A DNA stretch of 64,000 bases, taken from Neoconidiobolus thromboides FSU 785. Its lineage: Eukaryota; Fungi; Entomophthoromycota. The stretch spans positions 43,997-107,996 of the forward strand of contig MU626322.1 in the NCBI GenBank assembly GCA_025603075.1, read 5' to 3'. The notes beneath the pieces were generated by a model. The model was not told the DNA's origin and searched no databases. It saw nothing but the letters and a program-made list of their open reading frames with translations. This document shows, one piece after another, positions 38,255 to 49,884 of this stretch (position 1 is the first letter of the stretch; each line of letters opens with the position of its first letter). The position numbers were made by a program, and so were the translations under genes.

Positions 38255-40172
38255 GTCATTTAAATCATTTAATTGGGATTTTATACCTATAATACTTGTA
38301 TTAAGTAATATTATATACTTGTTGTAAATAGTTAGTAATTCAACTATTAATAATTTGTAGTAATTATTAGTGTTTAATAGTTGATTATTCAATAAATGCT
38401 AAAATTACGGTTAGTATAAGAGTAGTCACAGAAATAATAAACTTACAACACAGTCTGTATAAAATTTTAAACTATTTTTCAATATAGTTAAACCTTGATT
38501 CAAATAATCCAACTCGTTTTCATTATTAATTTTATCTTTTTCATCATAAAATACATTTTTCCATAAATCAATTTCATCTTTTGTATACCATAAGCGTAAT
38601 AAATTAACAGTTTTATAATCTAAAGTAAAATCATTATTTAATTGTAAGTCACTAAGAAACATTAATACAAATAAACAATATTATATCAAATAATTTACTT
38701 ATCCAAATTAAACTCTTTAATAGTTTCTAATTTATTATTTATTATTTGATCATTACTATCCACTAACTTAATCCTCATAATCAAATTAAGTATGTTACTG
38801 TCTATAGGCTCATTACTGGTGCTAATAAATGTGAATAGCTTATCCTTTTCCACCTTCAACAGCTCTAAAAACACAAAGGAATCCAATTGAATATAGTTAA
38901 ACATATTTTTATCTAATATAAATCCATATTCCAATAACAGCATTAAATCATTATGTCCCCCATACTGTATAAAAATCTAAAAATAAATCAATTTTTATTT
39001 TTATTTATAACACAAAATTATTACTTGTTCCCCTTTTTTTATACTTTCCATTGTATAGAATTTACAATGACCTTGCTTCAAAACACTATTTCTCTTAAAC
39101 TCTGTACGGAACTTAATAACATTTTAATTAAATAATTGAAATAATAGTTAGTAGAGTACTTACCTTAGCATCCGTTTTATGATTTAATAAATCCATAAAG
39201 GGAATGACAGCTAAAGGAGAGTAATTGGCTAGTTGTAAGTTTTTATCAAAATCATTAAAGTAGATACAACGGGTATTCACTATTTTAAAGTTAATAGGAC
39301 GTCGTTAATGTTATCTTATATTATTACCTATTAAATAAAACCATAAAAAACTATTTTTATTTAGTAAAAATTCGTTGATTTTTATACTATTATTGTTGAT
39401 GGACTTGATAATTATAGTATTGTTAATTTTTTTTATCAAATCTGGATAGTGCTTTAATGTTGGATTAAATTTAGTTGATATTTATATTATTAAAAACTTA
39501 CTTTGATTATTTGTATTATTTTATCAAAGTCCTCATTAATTTTTGATATTCTATTTTTTACAAATACTATATCAAAAAATGAATCTATTAGTACTATACT
39601 AGTAAATAATCTTACTTTGATATTCTATTGAAAATGTTTTAAATAATTCTGAAGTCAGAAACTGGGTGTTATAAATAGTTTCTAATATTGGAAACTCTTG
39701 TGGTAAGCTCATCAAATAATCGTAATAAAATGAACTTTCATTTAGACTATGTTGTATTATTAAGTAGAACACAAGCCATGCTTGAGAGTCTAAAGACTTG
39801 ACTTTATCTTTTTTTAAATCGTCATAAAGACTAAAAGTGTTATATATGAATTGTAATACAGTGAACGAAAGTTACTTATGATTTTTTATAATATTTTCAA
39901 AACTGATAATTATGTTTCCAGGTATATTTAAATATAACTCCCCAATCTTTAACATTTTAGCTCTATTTTCCTTGTATTAATATTCAATTACTTTAAAATC
40001 CTTATTCGCAATAAGTCCATAGCCACTATCTAGATATTAAATAAACAGCTATTCCACTAAAATATGGGTTTTAGTTATTACCTTCAAACTTTTTAATCAC
40101 AACTCCATACTTTTTATATTCCACCTGATTTTCCTTCAACCATTCTAAATATTTACTAAACTTATCTAACAT
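38249..40172 (-). CDS. SETD3/SETD4/Rkm-type (Rubisco LSMT-like) protein lysine methyltransferase; many exons
   Basis: YLEWLKEN, GYGLIANKDF, VNTRCIY, LAVIPFMDLLNH, LLLEYGFIL; last intron has a TACTAAC branch site. Confidence 0.8.
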
Positions 40173-40352
40173 TTCAAAAGCATTGTAAAAACCTTCCAAT
40201 AAAACTCGAGCTTAAATTAACAATGAAAATGAAATCATCTACTAGTAAAATAACGCCACTGGAATAATATTACAAAACTAATTTAGCTTTTTTATCTTCT
40301 ATCTTTTATTAATTTAGACTATTCAATTATTATTACAAACAATTAATCAAAA

Positions 40353-41168
40353 ATGTGGATCTTTGGCTATGGTAGTTTAATTTGGAAGGTAGATTTTCCA
40401 TATGAAGAAAAGCGAGTAGGTTATATAAAAGGATATGTAAGACGATTTTGGCAATCAAGTAATGATCATCGAGGTACACCTGAAGCACCTGGTAGAGTAG
40501 TTACTTTATTAACTCATGATCATTGGTCATCTCTTGGTGATGAGGTAAGTTAAAATATTACTGAAATACAATACAAAAGTTTGAAATTTTTTATAACAAA
40601 AGCATGGCACCGATGAAGAAGCTAGAACTTTTGGTGTAGCTTATAAAATACCTGATGATAAAATTGAGGAGGTGAAACAACATTTAGATTTCAGGGAAAA
40701 GGTAAGCGGAAGCTTAGTATACAAGAAAGATCGATAATAATTTATAGAACGGCTATACTTTACATAAAGTCGATGTTTATGAACCTGGATTACAAGAGCC
40801 TATAATTAAGCAGGTAAGTTGGATTAAGGATTATTATATTATATTATTAATTATTTTATTAATTATTTTATTAGGTAGACATCTATATAGGTACTCCAGA
40901 TAATGAAGCATTTATGGGTATGATACCTATTGATGAACTGGCTTCTCATATTTATAAATCAAAAGGCAAATAGTTTTATTAATTCAACTTTATCATATTT
41001 ATAATAATGAAAAATTTAGGTCCAAGTGGAAGTAATATTGAATATTTACTAAACCTATGTGAAGCAAGTAGAATCACTTTTCCTGCAGTACCTTTGGATC
41101 CTCATCTAGTAGCATTAGAAGAAAGAGTTTTAAAATTAATTAAGGAAAATGAGAAACAGATTAAATAA
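40353..41168 (+). CDS. GCG1: ChaC-family glutathione-specific gamma-glutamylcyclotransferase; multi-exon
   Basis: [12 protein letters not shown]...[23 protein letters not shown], later LDFREK and [10 protein letters not shown]. Confidence 0.93.
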
Positions 41169-41748
41169 TACAATTAAATTGGGATTTGTTATTAGAATAA
41201 ATATTAATTATTAGACATTATAAATTTTGAGATTTGATATGTTAGATTCGATAAAAATAGACATCGTAATATAAATTACTATATAATAGTATCCAAATTA
41301 ATCCTTAACTACCAATGCGTTATTACTCTTAGACTTAGTAACAATAGCAATTTTTATTAGAAGCATTACTATTCCATTGGAGATTATTTACTCTTTAAAT
41401 TATAATAGTAACATAATTGTTAGAATTATAGCAATTCAAATAGTATGAATAGGTTATAGGGTTGTTGTTGAATAAATAAATTTTTTAATTTTGGTTTTTG
41501 TATGCTCATCATCAAATAGAATCGAGTAGATCAAAGATTGATATTAGAATCAACCTATATGAATTAGAATATTGAATAAATTATTTCTAAAAATTTTAAA
41601 CTAAACTTCAAATTTCAATTGAAACGACATTAAATTCTTAGTTGATTTGCTAAATTAAGAAAAGCATTTTATTAAATTTCAAAATTATAAAAACTTTTTG
41701 TTTTTTTCATTTTTTGTTAAATTTAACTTATTTTACTAAACACAATAA

Positions 41749-44700
41749 ATGAAAATATTATGTATAGCGGAAAAACCGAGCCAAGCTAAAGAAATAGCAA
41801 ATAAATTAGCCGATGGTGAAGTCAATTCAGTAATTTAATAAAAATAGTATTAACATTTGTTTTTCAATTACTAATTTATTTATAAATAACATAGCAATCT
41901 TCTGGTGTCGATTATATTTATAATTACACTTTCAAATTTGCATATGAAAACCAAATGTGTGATTTTACAATGACATCAATGGTAGGACATTTAATGGAAC
42001 TTGAATTTGAAGAAAACTATCGAAATTGGCATTCTTGTCATCCAAAGGAATTATTTCATTTACCAGTTTATAAAAGGATTGCTAAGGATAAAGAAAAAGT
42101 AGCAGAAAATATTAAGAAATTAGCTAGACATAGTAGATTGTTAATTATTTGGACGGATTGTGATAGAGAAGGTGAAAACATTGGTATGGAGGGTGTTAAT
42201 ATTGCTAGATCAGTGAATCCAGGGATAATTGTCAAAAGAGCAAAGTTTTCAGTTATGTTAGCAAGGTAATGGGTTTCTGTTTAAAGCTAGTGCTACTTAT
42301 TAAAGATATATAGGGAATTAAAATATGCTTGTCAAACACCAGTTAGTATTGATCAAGCTTTAGTAGATGCTGTGGATACTCGATCCGAGATTGATTTAAG
42401 AATTGGAGCAGCATTAACTCGATTTCAAACTATGTTATTACAAAAAAAGTTCCCTGATTTAGCTAATCAAGTAATAAGCTATGGTAAGAATTTTTATTAA
42501 TATTTTTTAATATAAATCATTGAATATCTAGGTTCTTGTCAGTTCCCAACGCTAGGCTTTGTGGTCGAAAGATATTTAAAGATTAAAAATTTTGTACCTG
42601 AAGATTTTTATAAAATTGACGTAAAATGTAAAAAAGGAGACATTGAAGTGGATTTCTTATGGAAAAGAAATTATTTATTTGATGAATTAATGTGTGCCAT
42701 CCTTTTTGATAAATGCTTTAAAAATCCGCTTTGTAAGATTATCAACATCACTTCCTCACCAACGAGTAAATGGTAATTACATAATATTTCAAATTAAAAC
42801 ATTAAACTAATTCTTATTTAATAGGAGACCACTACCACTTACTACTGTGGAATTACAAAAAATGGGATCAAAATATTTGAAATTGTCTTCTGACAAAGTT
42901 ATGGAAGTAAATATTTTGATGATTGTTTTTGTTTAAAAATTTAATAGATTAAAGATAGCAAATAATTTGTATAACAAGGGATTTATATCTTATCCAAGGA
43001 CTGAGACTGATCAATTTGATAAAAAAATGGATTTAAAAAGCTTAATTGAAAAACAAAAACATGATACTACTTATTTTAATTATTGTACGAAGTAAATTTT
43101 AAATCATTATAAAAATAGATATATATTAAATTCACAACTTATTTATTAATATTAGATTATTAAACAATAATAAATTTTTATGGCCCAGGCAGGGAAAAAC
43201 AAATGATATGTCTCATCCCCCGATTCATCCCACTGCAGCTTCACCTGGTTTACAAGGGGATGAAAAAAGAGTGTATGATTTTATAACAAGAAGATTTTTG
43301 GCTGCTTGTTCAGAAGATGCTAAGGGCCAACAGACAACTATTGAAGCAACAATAGCTGAAGAAGAGTTTTATGTTAAAGGTAAATAATTATAATAATAGA
43401 TAGCAATTAAACAATAAATTTAATAAAATAGGTTTGATGGTTCATGAATATAATTATTTAGAGATTTATATATATGAAAAATGGAATGATAAATTAATAC
43501 CTAGTTTTGAATTAAATGAAGAATTTATACCTTCTTATCTACAAATGAATGAAGGTAAAACAACCCCACCAAAATTAATATCTGAACCAGAATTAATTAC
43601 TATAATGAGTAAAAACGGGATTGGTAAGTTTATTAAGTTAAATTATAAACTATCATTTATTTATTTTTTAAGGTACGGATGCTACTATTCATGAACATAT
43701 TAAAAAAATATTAGGAAGAAAGTATGTTTATAAAACTGGTAATGAAAATTTATTTCATCCTCATGAACTTGGAATTGGCTTAGTTGAGGCTTATGATAAA
43801 ATTGGACTAGAAAAATCATTATCTAGGCCGTTTTTAAGAAGAGAAGTAAATTTATTAATGTTTTAATAATAATAATAATAATAATAATTTTGTTGCTATT
43901 AGTTAGAAAACAGTTTAAAAGCAATTTGTGATGGTAATCAAATAAAAGAAGATGTATTAAGGAATACAATTGCTATGTATTTAGAAGTATTTAATATAAC
44001 TAATAACAATGCTAGTGTTTTACTTGAGGTAAATAATATTTTATATTTCTGTTGAAGAACTTATACTAATGTTTATTTTATAGACAATGATCAATCATTT
44101 AAATATTACAACTAATGACGCTAGTATTGATTTTACTACTTTAGGCTGTGTAAGTTATTTTTTGTTTTTTATAATTATATGTTTTTGACTTTATTCTAGT
44201 TTCCGTCTTCTGAAGTTGTATTACAGTGTGAACGTTGTAATCAAGGAATGAATTTAAAACAAATGCCTGATGGTAAATTTTTATTAGGTAATAACAATAA
44301 CAATAACAATAACAATAAATTAAAATTTATTATAATTATAATTATTAGGTTGTAAAGGATATCCAGCATGTCGAAATAGTATGTGGTTTAATAAAGAAAA
44401 ATTCAAAAAAGTAGAAATTATGAATGAAAACTGTCAAAATTGTTTAAGAAATCGGGTTAAGTCAATTAGAAAATTAAAGCTTCATTTTGTGGATTCCATT
44501 GTTAATTCAATTGGGCTTGGAAATGTAATTATTTAATTTATTTAATTTATTTAATTTATTGATTATTAACTAGGCTTACATCGGTTGTGTATGTTGTGAC
44601 GATAGCTTGTATAATTTATTAGACTTAAAATTCAGTGTTTCTGCGGCAATTAATAATAATTCAACTCCTAATAATAATGTTAACAATTATCAGAATAATA

Positions 44701-45567
44701 GCCAAAATACGCGATCGACTTTTAATTCAAATAATAACATAAACAGTAATCAATCTATAAATAACAATCTAAGATCTAGCTATAACCCAACTAATAATTT
44801 TGTAAATAATAATAATAGAGCTACGATCAATAATAATAGTACAATAAATAATAATACTACATTTAATAATTCAAATATAGAGCAATATCGACAAGCTTTA
44901 ATTAATACAAGTTCAGTTGATCCACCACCTAGATGTCATTGTAGGCTACTAACCGATCTTAAAGAAGTTGTTCGTGAAGGGCCCAACTTCGGGAAAAAGT
45001 ATTATAAATGTGTAGGCACAGCAGGGTGTGGTTTCTTTCAATGGGCTGATTTAGCAGATAGAAATGATACGAATAATACATATAATAATAATTCAAATAT
45101 GAGTGGCACATATAATATGAACACAAATACAAATTTAAATACAAATACGAATATAAATAATCCAGTGTGCTGGAAGTGTAATCAGGTAACTTGATGATAT
45201 ATGCTAAATTTACTTTTAGTTATACTAATTTTGCTAGGCTGGCCACTATTCTAATCAATGTACAATGCAAGCAAATAATAATTATAATAGTAATATTAAT
45301 ACTAATGGTAATACTAATAACAATATTACTTGTTATCGTTGCAATCAGGTAATTTTAATATACCTACTAATTTGTTTTTTACTTATACATTGTATTTAGC
45401 CTGGTCATTACGCAACTAGCTGCCCAGGAACTTCAAATAATACACAAGCTACTTCTTCAAGAGGTAGGAGCTCCAATAGAGCTAGAAGTACAACTAAAGC
45501 TAGAGGTGGAACTAAAGTCAAAAAAACCACTAGAGCTAGAGGTGGCCGTGGCAGAGGAGGAAATTAA
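41749..45567 (+). CDS. TOP3: DNA topoisomerase III (type IA) with C4 zinc ribbon, GRF finger, two CCHC knuckles and RGG tail
   Basis: AEKPS, GHLMEL, IWTDCDREGENIG, SYG|SCQFPTLGFVV, catalytic GFISYPRTET, HPPIHP, GIG|TDAT. Confidence 0.95.
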
Positions 45568-45606
45568 CTTATTAAAATTAGAAAAAATTATAATAAACCT
45601 AAACTT

Positions 45607-46328
45607 TTAAAATTTTATTTTATTTAATTGATCAACTTCAACAACATTTTTGTCTTCCATGCTATTATCATTTAATTCATTTTCTCCATCAATTTCACTT
45701 TTATTTTCTTTTAATTTGTCTCCATATTTCTCTCTTGCTCTCTTTGCTTGTTTTTTCTTTTGTTTATTGACTTTATTTTTTTTAATATTCCTCTTCGATA
45801 ACTCTTTATTATATAAAATATCTAACTGCTCCCTCAACATCTTTCTTGCTATTTTTCGATTCTCACTTTGGGACCTTGTTTTTTGACACTGTATTGTATT
45901 TAAAGTATTAAATTCAATATAAAGGTATACAAAATTTTAGCTCACCTGTACCACGATACCTGTAGGTAAATGCTTTAATTCCACTCTACTATTCGTTTTA
46001 TTAATCGCTTGGCCACCATTCCCACTACCTTTAATAAACTTTTCGATAATTTCCTTTTCGTCTAATACAATTTTGATCTTTTCAATTTTAGACTTCGACG
46101 ATTTAACTACTAATATTTAAAAAATAGTATTCTTTTCATTTATCAATGACCTAATTATTTGAGGTTACCTTTTGATTCATCTATTTCTTGAATTACTATT
46201 GTTTCTTCAGTAATAATCTTTGTGGATAATTTTATGCCTTGATTGGAATTAAATAATAGCTTTGTGTGCCCAGTAGTAACTCGATAATTTAATTGATTCC
46301 TAAATAACGAGAAACCAAATCCCATCAT
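45607..46328 (-). CDS. Mitochondrial GGQ peptidyl-tRNA hydrolase / release factor, C12orf65(MTRFR)-like
   Basis: [33 protein letters not shown]|[15 protein letters not shown] plus basic C-tail; transit-peptide-like N-terminus. Confidence 0.88.
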
Positions 46329-46614
46329 TATGTTTTTTTTTATTAGTAAATTCAATAGCATGTTAACTTTAGATACAATATTGAAATTGTAAAATGGAAT
46401 TAGTTTGAAAGTTTTACAAGCTGTTTCAGGTTCATTAACTTTTAAAATTGTTGATTTTGGCACTTTTAAATTTCAAAATTTACTTCATTATTTTTTAATG
46501 ATGCCAAGCTCATGTATTTAATTAGAAATGATTAAGATTAATTATTTTGAAATAAAGGATACACAGTAGATAATTGGACTGAGTTTATAAATTCAACAAA
46601 TTTGAAACTGAATA

Positions 46615-46720
46615 TATGGGGGTGTCTTTTTTGATTTCATTACTTTTCTATTTTTTAAGCACTATTTGAGTGAGAAGATTGTTAGTAAAATTGATAAACA
46701 AAAAAAAATACATCCCCATA
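46615..46720 (-). mobile_element. MITE-like copy
   Basis: TA-flanked near-consensus copy. Confidence 0.85.
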
Positions 46721-47033
46721 TATTAAAATTTTAAAAATTTGAAGATGTTTTTTTGTTAAAGCTTCTACTAATACTTTTTTAATAGTATACTAATGTCCAA
46801 AGCACTATGGAATTTTAAATAAAACTAAGTAAAAATTTAAAGTAAAAAACTAGCTTAGGTAATTAAAATCAAATTTATAATAATTTCAAACAAATAAAGA
46901 AATAAGCAAAAAATAGACTAGGGAATTTAATAAGCTTAAATTTAAACAATAATCTTTTTAAATAAATTAATATTTTTTCTAAAATGTAAATATAATATTT
47001 ATTAACAAAAAATTTAAAACATAATAATTATTA

Positions 47034-47136
47034 TATGGGGATGTATTTTAATGTTAAGAATCTTGCTAATAAAATTTCTGCTTAAATAGCGCTTAAAAAA
47101 TAGAAAAAATAATGAAGTCAAAAAGACACTCCCATA
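47034..47136 (+). mobile_element. MITE-like copy
   Basis: TA-flanked near-consensus copy. Confidence 0.85.
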
Positions 47137-47750
47137 TGCTACAAACTTAAGCAAATAAATTGTTTAATTTAAAAATTAATTTGTTTAAAATAAAAGTTTA
47201 ATTTTGAAAGTTAGAAAAATAAAAAAAATAAAATAACAAACAGTTTATTAATATTTTGAAATTAGACAAAAAAATAAACCCATATCAGATGTCTTTATAT
47301 GGATAAATAAATGGAAAAATAATGAAATCAAAAAAAAAACATCGCCTTATGTTTAAAGTATTTGTTACTTTATTTTGTTAATTAAATATTAAAATACCTC
47401 ATCATGTTTTTTTATTAAGTTCAGCTATATTTTTCAGTTATAACTACAATTAATTTTATTTTTTATTAGTTTGCAATATGTTTTTTTGAAAAATACTTAA
47501 TTTATTAAAATTAAGAATTAATAATATTTTATTAAATTTTTGTTGGATTATCTACCTATAATTTCCAATTATTAAAGTTTTGTATTTTTTAAAATAGCTA
47601 TTACCCAGATGCTAGTCATTTTTAAATATGTTTTTATAGTTACTTTTTTTAATAACACAATTTTGAATATTTATTAAACTTAAAACATGTCTAATAATGA
47701 TTATAATTGGTTATGCTTACTATTTATTTATAATTTAACAATTAAATAAC

Positions 47751-47841
47751 TGTTTTTTTGATCTTTCCCTTTTTCTATTTTTTAAACACTATTTGAGTGG
47801 AAAGATTGTTAACAAAACTCTTAAACAAAAAATACATCCTC
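47751..47841 (-). mobile_element. MITE-like copy, one end eroded
   Basis: CACTATTTGAGTGGAAAGATTG...ATACATCC. Confidence 0.65.
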
Positions 47842-48053
47842 AAATATTGTTTTATAAAAAAACAGAAAAAAAGGCTATATAAAGCATAATAAGATTTGTT
47901 CCAAATAATTAAATATTTGTAGATTTAATCATAATAAAGTTAAAAGTCTCTTTTATAGAAGATTAAACTAAAAACAAAATAACTATTTGAGTGTCATAAA
48001 TGAGCTGTGTTTATGTTTTTGTAAGGCAAAATAAAATCATAGCGAACACTACT

Positions 48054-48154
48054 TGGGAGTATTTTTTTTGACTTCATTATTTTTTCTATTTTTTGAGCGC
48101 TATTTAAGCGGAAATTTTATTAGCAAAATTCTTAAAGACAAAAATTCATCCCCA
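48054..48154 (-). mobile_element. MITE-like copy
   Basis: Matches consensus. Confidence 0.8.
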
Positions 48155-48595
48155 CTTATTAAATTGATCCTAGTTAAGAAAAATCTCCAATATCTAGAGA
48201 AGGATCGAAAATTCCGATCCAATCAAACAGAATTTTTTAAGATGTTCAGTACCCAAAGGGTTAACATTGCAAAAATTGAGTGTGGGAATTTTGGTTTCTT
48301 ATTTGTAAGAACACATTATTCATCTTTATTGATACTGTATTCCTCAGCATAAAATAATCTTAGATTGTATATACCATCTAGAGAATTGATTTTACCACTT
48401 CTGTCACATTCTATGGGTATTTATTGCCCAATTTAACTCCTTTTTTCAGATTTAATTTAAATATCACTTTATTAAATTTAACTAAGTATTCAAATTGAAC
48501 AAATCTACCTAAATAATATGATTGGTCCTCATGTAAAATATAACTACTATTCTAAGTCTTGAATGAAAACAAAATACTGAAAAAACAAATAAAAG

Positions 48596-48701
48596 CATAT
48601 GAGGATGTTTTTTTTGATTTCATCATTTTTCCATTTTTTAAGCACTGTTTGAGTAGAAAGATTGTTACTAAAATTCTTAAACACAAAAAAACATCCCCAT
48701 A
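48596..48701 (-). mobile_element. MITE-like copy
   Basis: Matches consensus. Confidence 0.8.
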
Positions 48702-49064
48702 TATTTAATTTTTGAAAAGGAAACGTAAATGTCTCTATTGGCTTTAAATTGGTTTATGATTGTTTTAATTAAACAAGTTTTTAGACGCATTTAGTTCTTT
48801 CATGTTATCAAATAAAACCTTGCTATTTTATATTGAATAACAAGTTTCATGTTGCTCTGTACATTCATATCAATTGACTCAATGATATAGGTATTTATTT
48901 ATGATTTATATGTAAATTGTTTAAACAGTCTTACTTTTACTTTTACTTTTGGAACAACCTAGATAGTATCAAATAAAGTAACTTTTTATATAATTCAAAT
49001 AAATTTCGAATTAAAAGCCAATTAATAGACTATACTATTGTATTAAATAAATTTTAACAAACAT

Positions 49065-49165
49065 ACATGATAAAGCCTCTTTTTACTTCATAATTTTTCC
49101 ATTTTTGTATTTTATAGAATTTGAAAAAATGTTATTGAAGTATCAGAATAAAATACATTCCCATA
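49065..49165 (-). mobile_element. Highly degenerate MITE-like copy
   Basis: ACTTCATAATTTTTCCATTTTT and AATACATTCCCATA retained. Confidence 0.45.
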
Positions 49166-49884
49166 TTCAGTTTAAAATTAAGCTATGTCACTGCTATGCA
49201 AAAGGCAAACTTTTCTATGAGCATTCGATTATGTGATAGAGGCTCTGATGGAAATAAAGTGGCGTTAAAATAAGTAGCTTTTAAACCAAAGGTCGCTATA
49301 CTTCATGTTTTTATCCTTAATGAAATAAAAATAAGGTACTGTTAATTATAACTAATCTATTTTTTATACTTGAGGATTTTATTAATTATTCAAAGGTGGA
49401 ATTGCTATTTTTAGACTTTTTAATCTTCATTAATTTTTAAAATGTGACTATTGTAATTCTATTGTGATATAGTTAACTGCATATTTAAGATAAAAAGCCT
49501 ATGCTGAAAATCCCTAAAATATACAGATATGGTTTGGAAAATCCAAATAAATAAATAACTAGGACTAAAACTATCGCTAATTAAATCTCAATAAAGTTGC
49601 AACGCTGTAAACTACCACAAAATCATCATCAAACCCAATTTAACTCAATTTAAAATTCAGCCTACTAAATAGCTACAAATAACTTAAAAAGAAAGTCAAA
49701 GAACCAAATTTACCTCAGCCAATCAACTTAGAAGGAATGGCTAGCTTAACTGGTTCTAATAGAAATTTAGATTTTATAAATTAAGGATACCAAGCCTAAA
49801 TTTAAAAATAAGTCCAACTTCAAAAAATCGATTATTTAATTTTATACGAATAACAACAGCATTTTAAAAAGGGGGAAGAAAACA

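Noticed and set aside
43865-44320. (AAT)n and (AAC)n microsatellites in TOP3 introns, and GATAGAGTT x3 in an MPC1 intron (3139-3169)
   Set aside because: Ordinary simple repeats
48330-48420. Minus-strand CDRSG motif suggesting a MULE/FAR1 domain
   Set aside because: No supporting downstream motifs or DDE remnants
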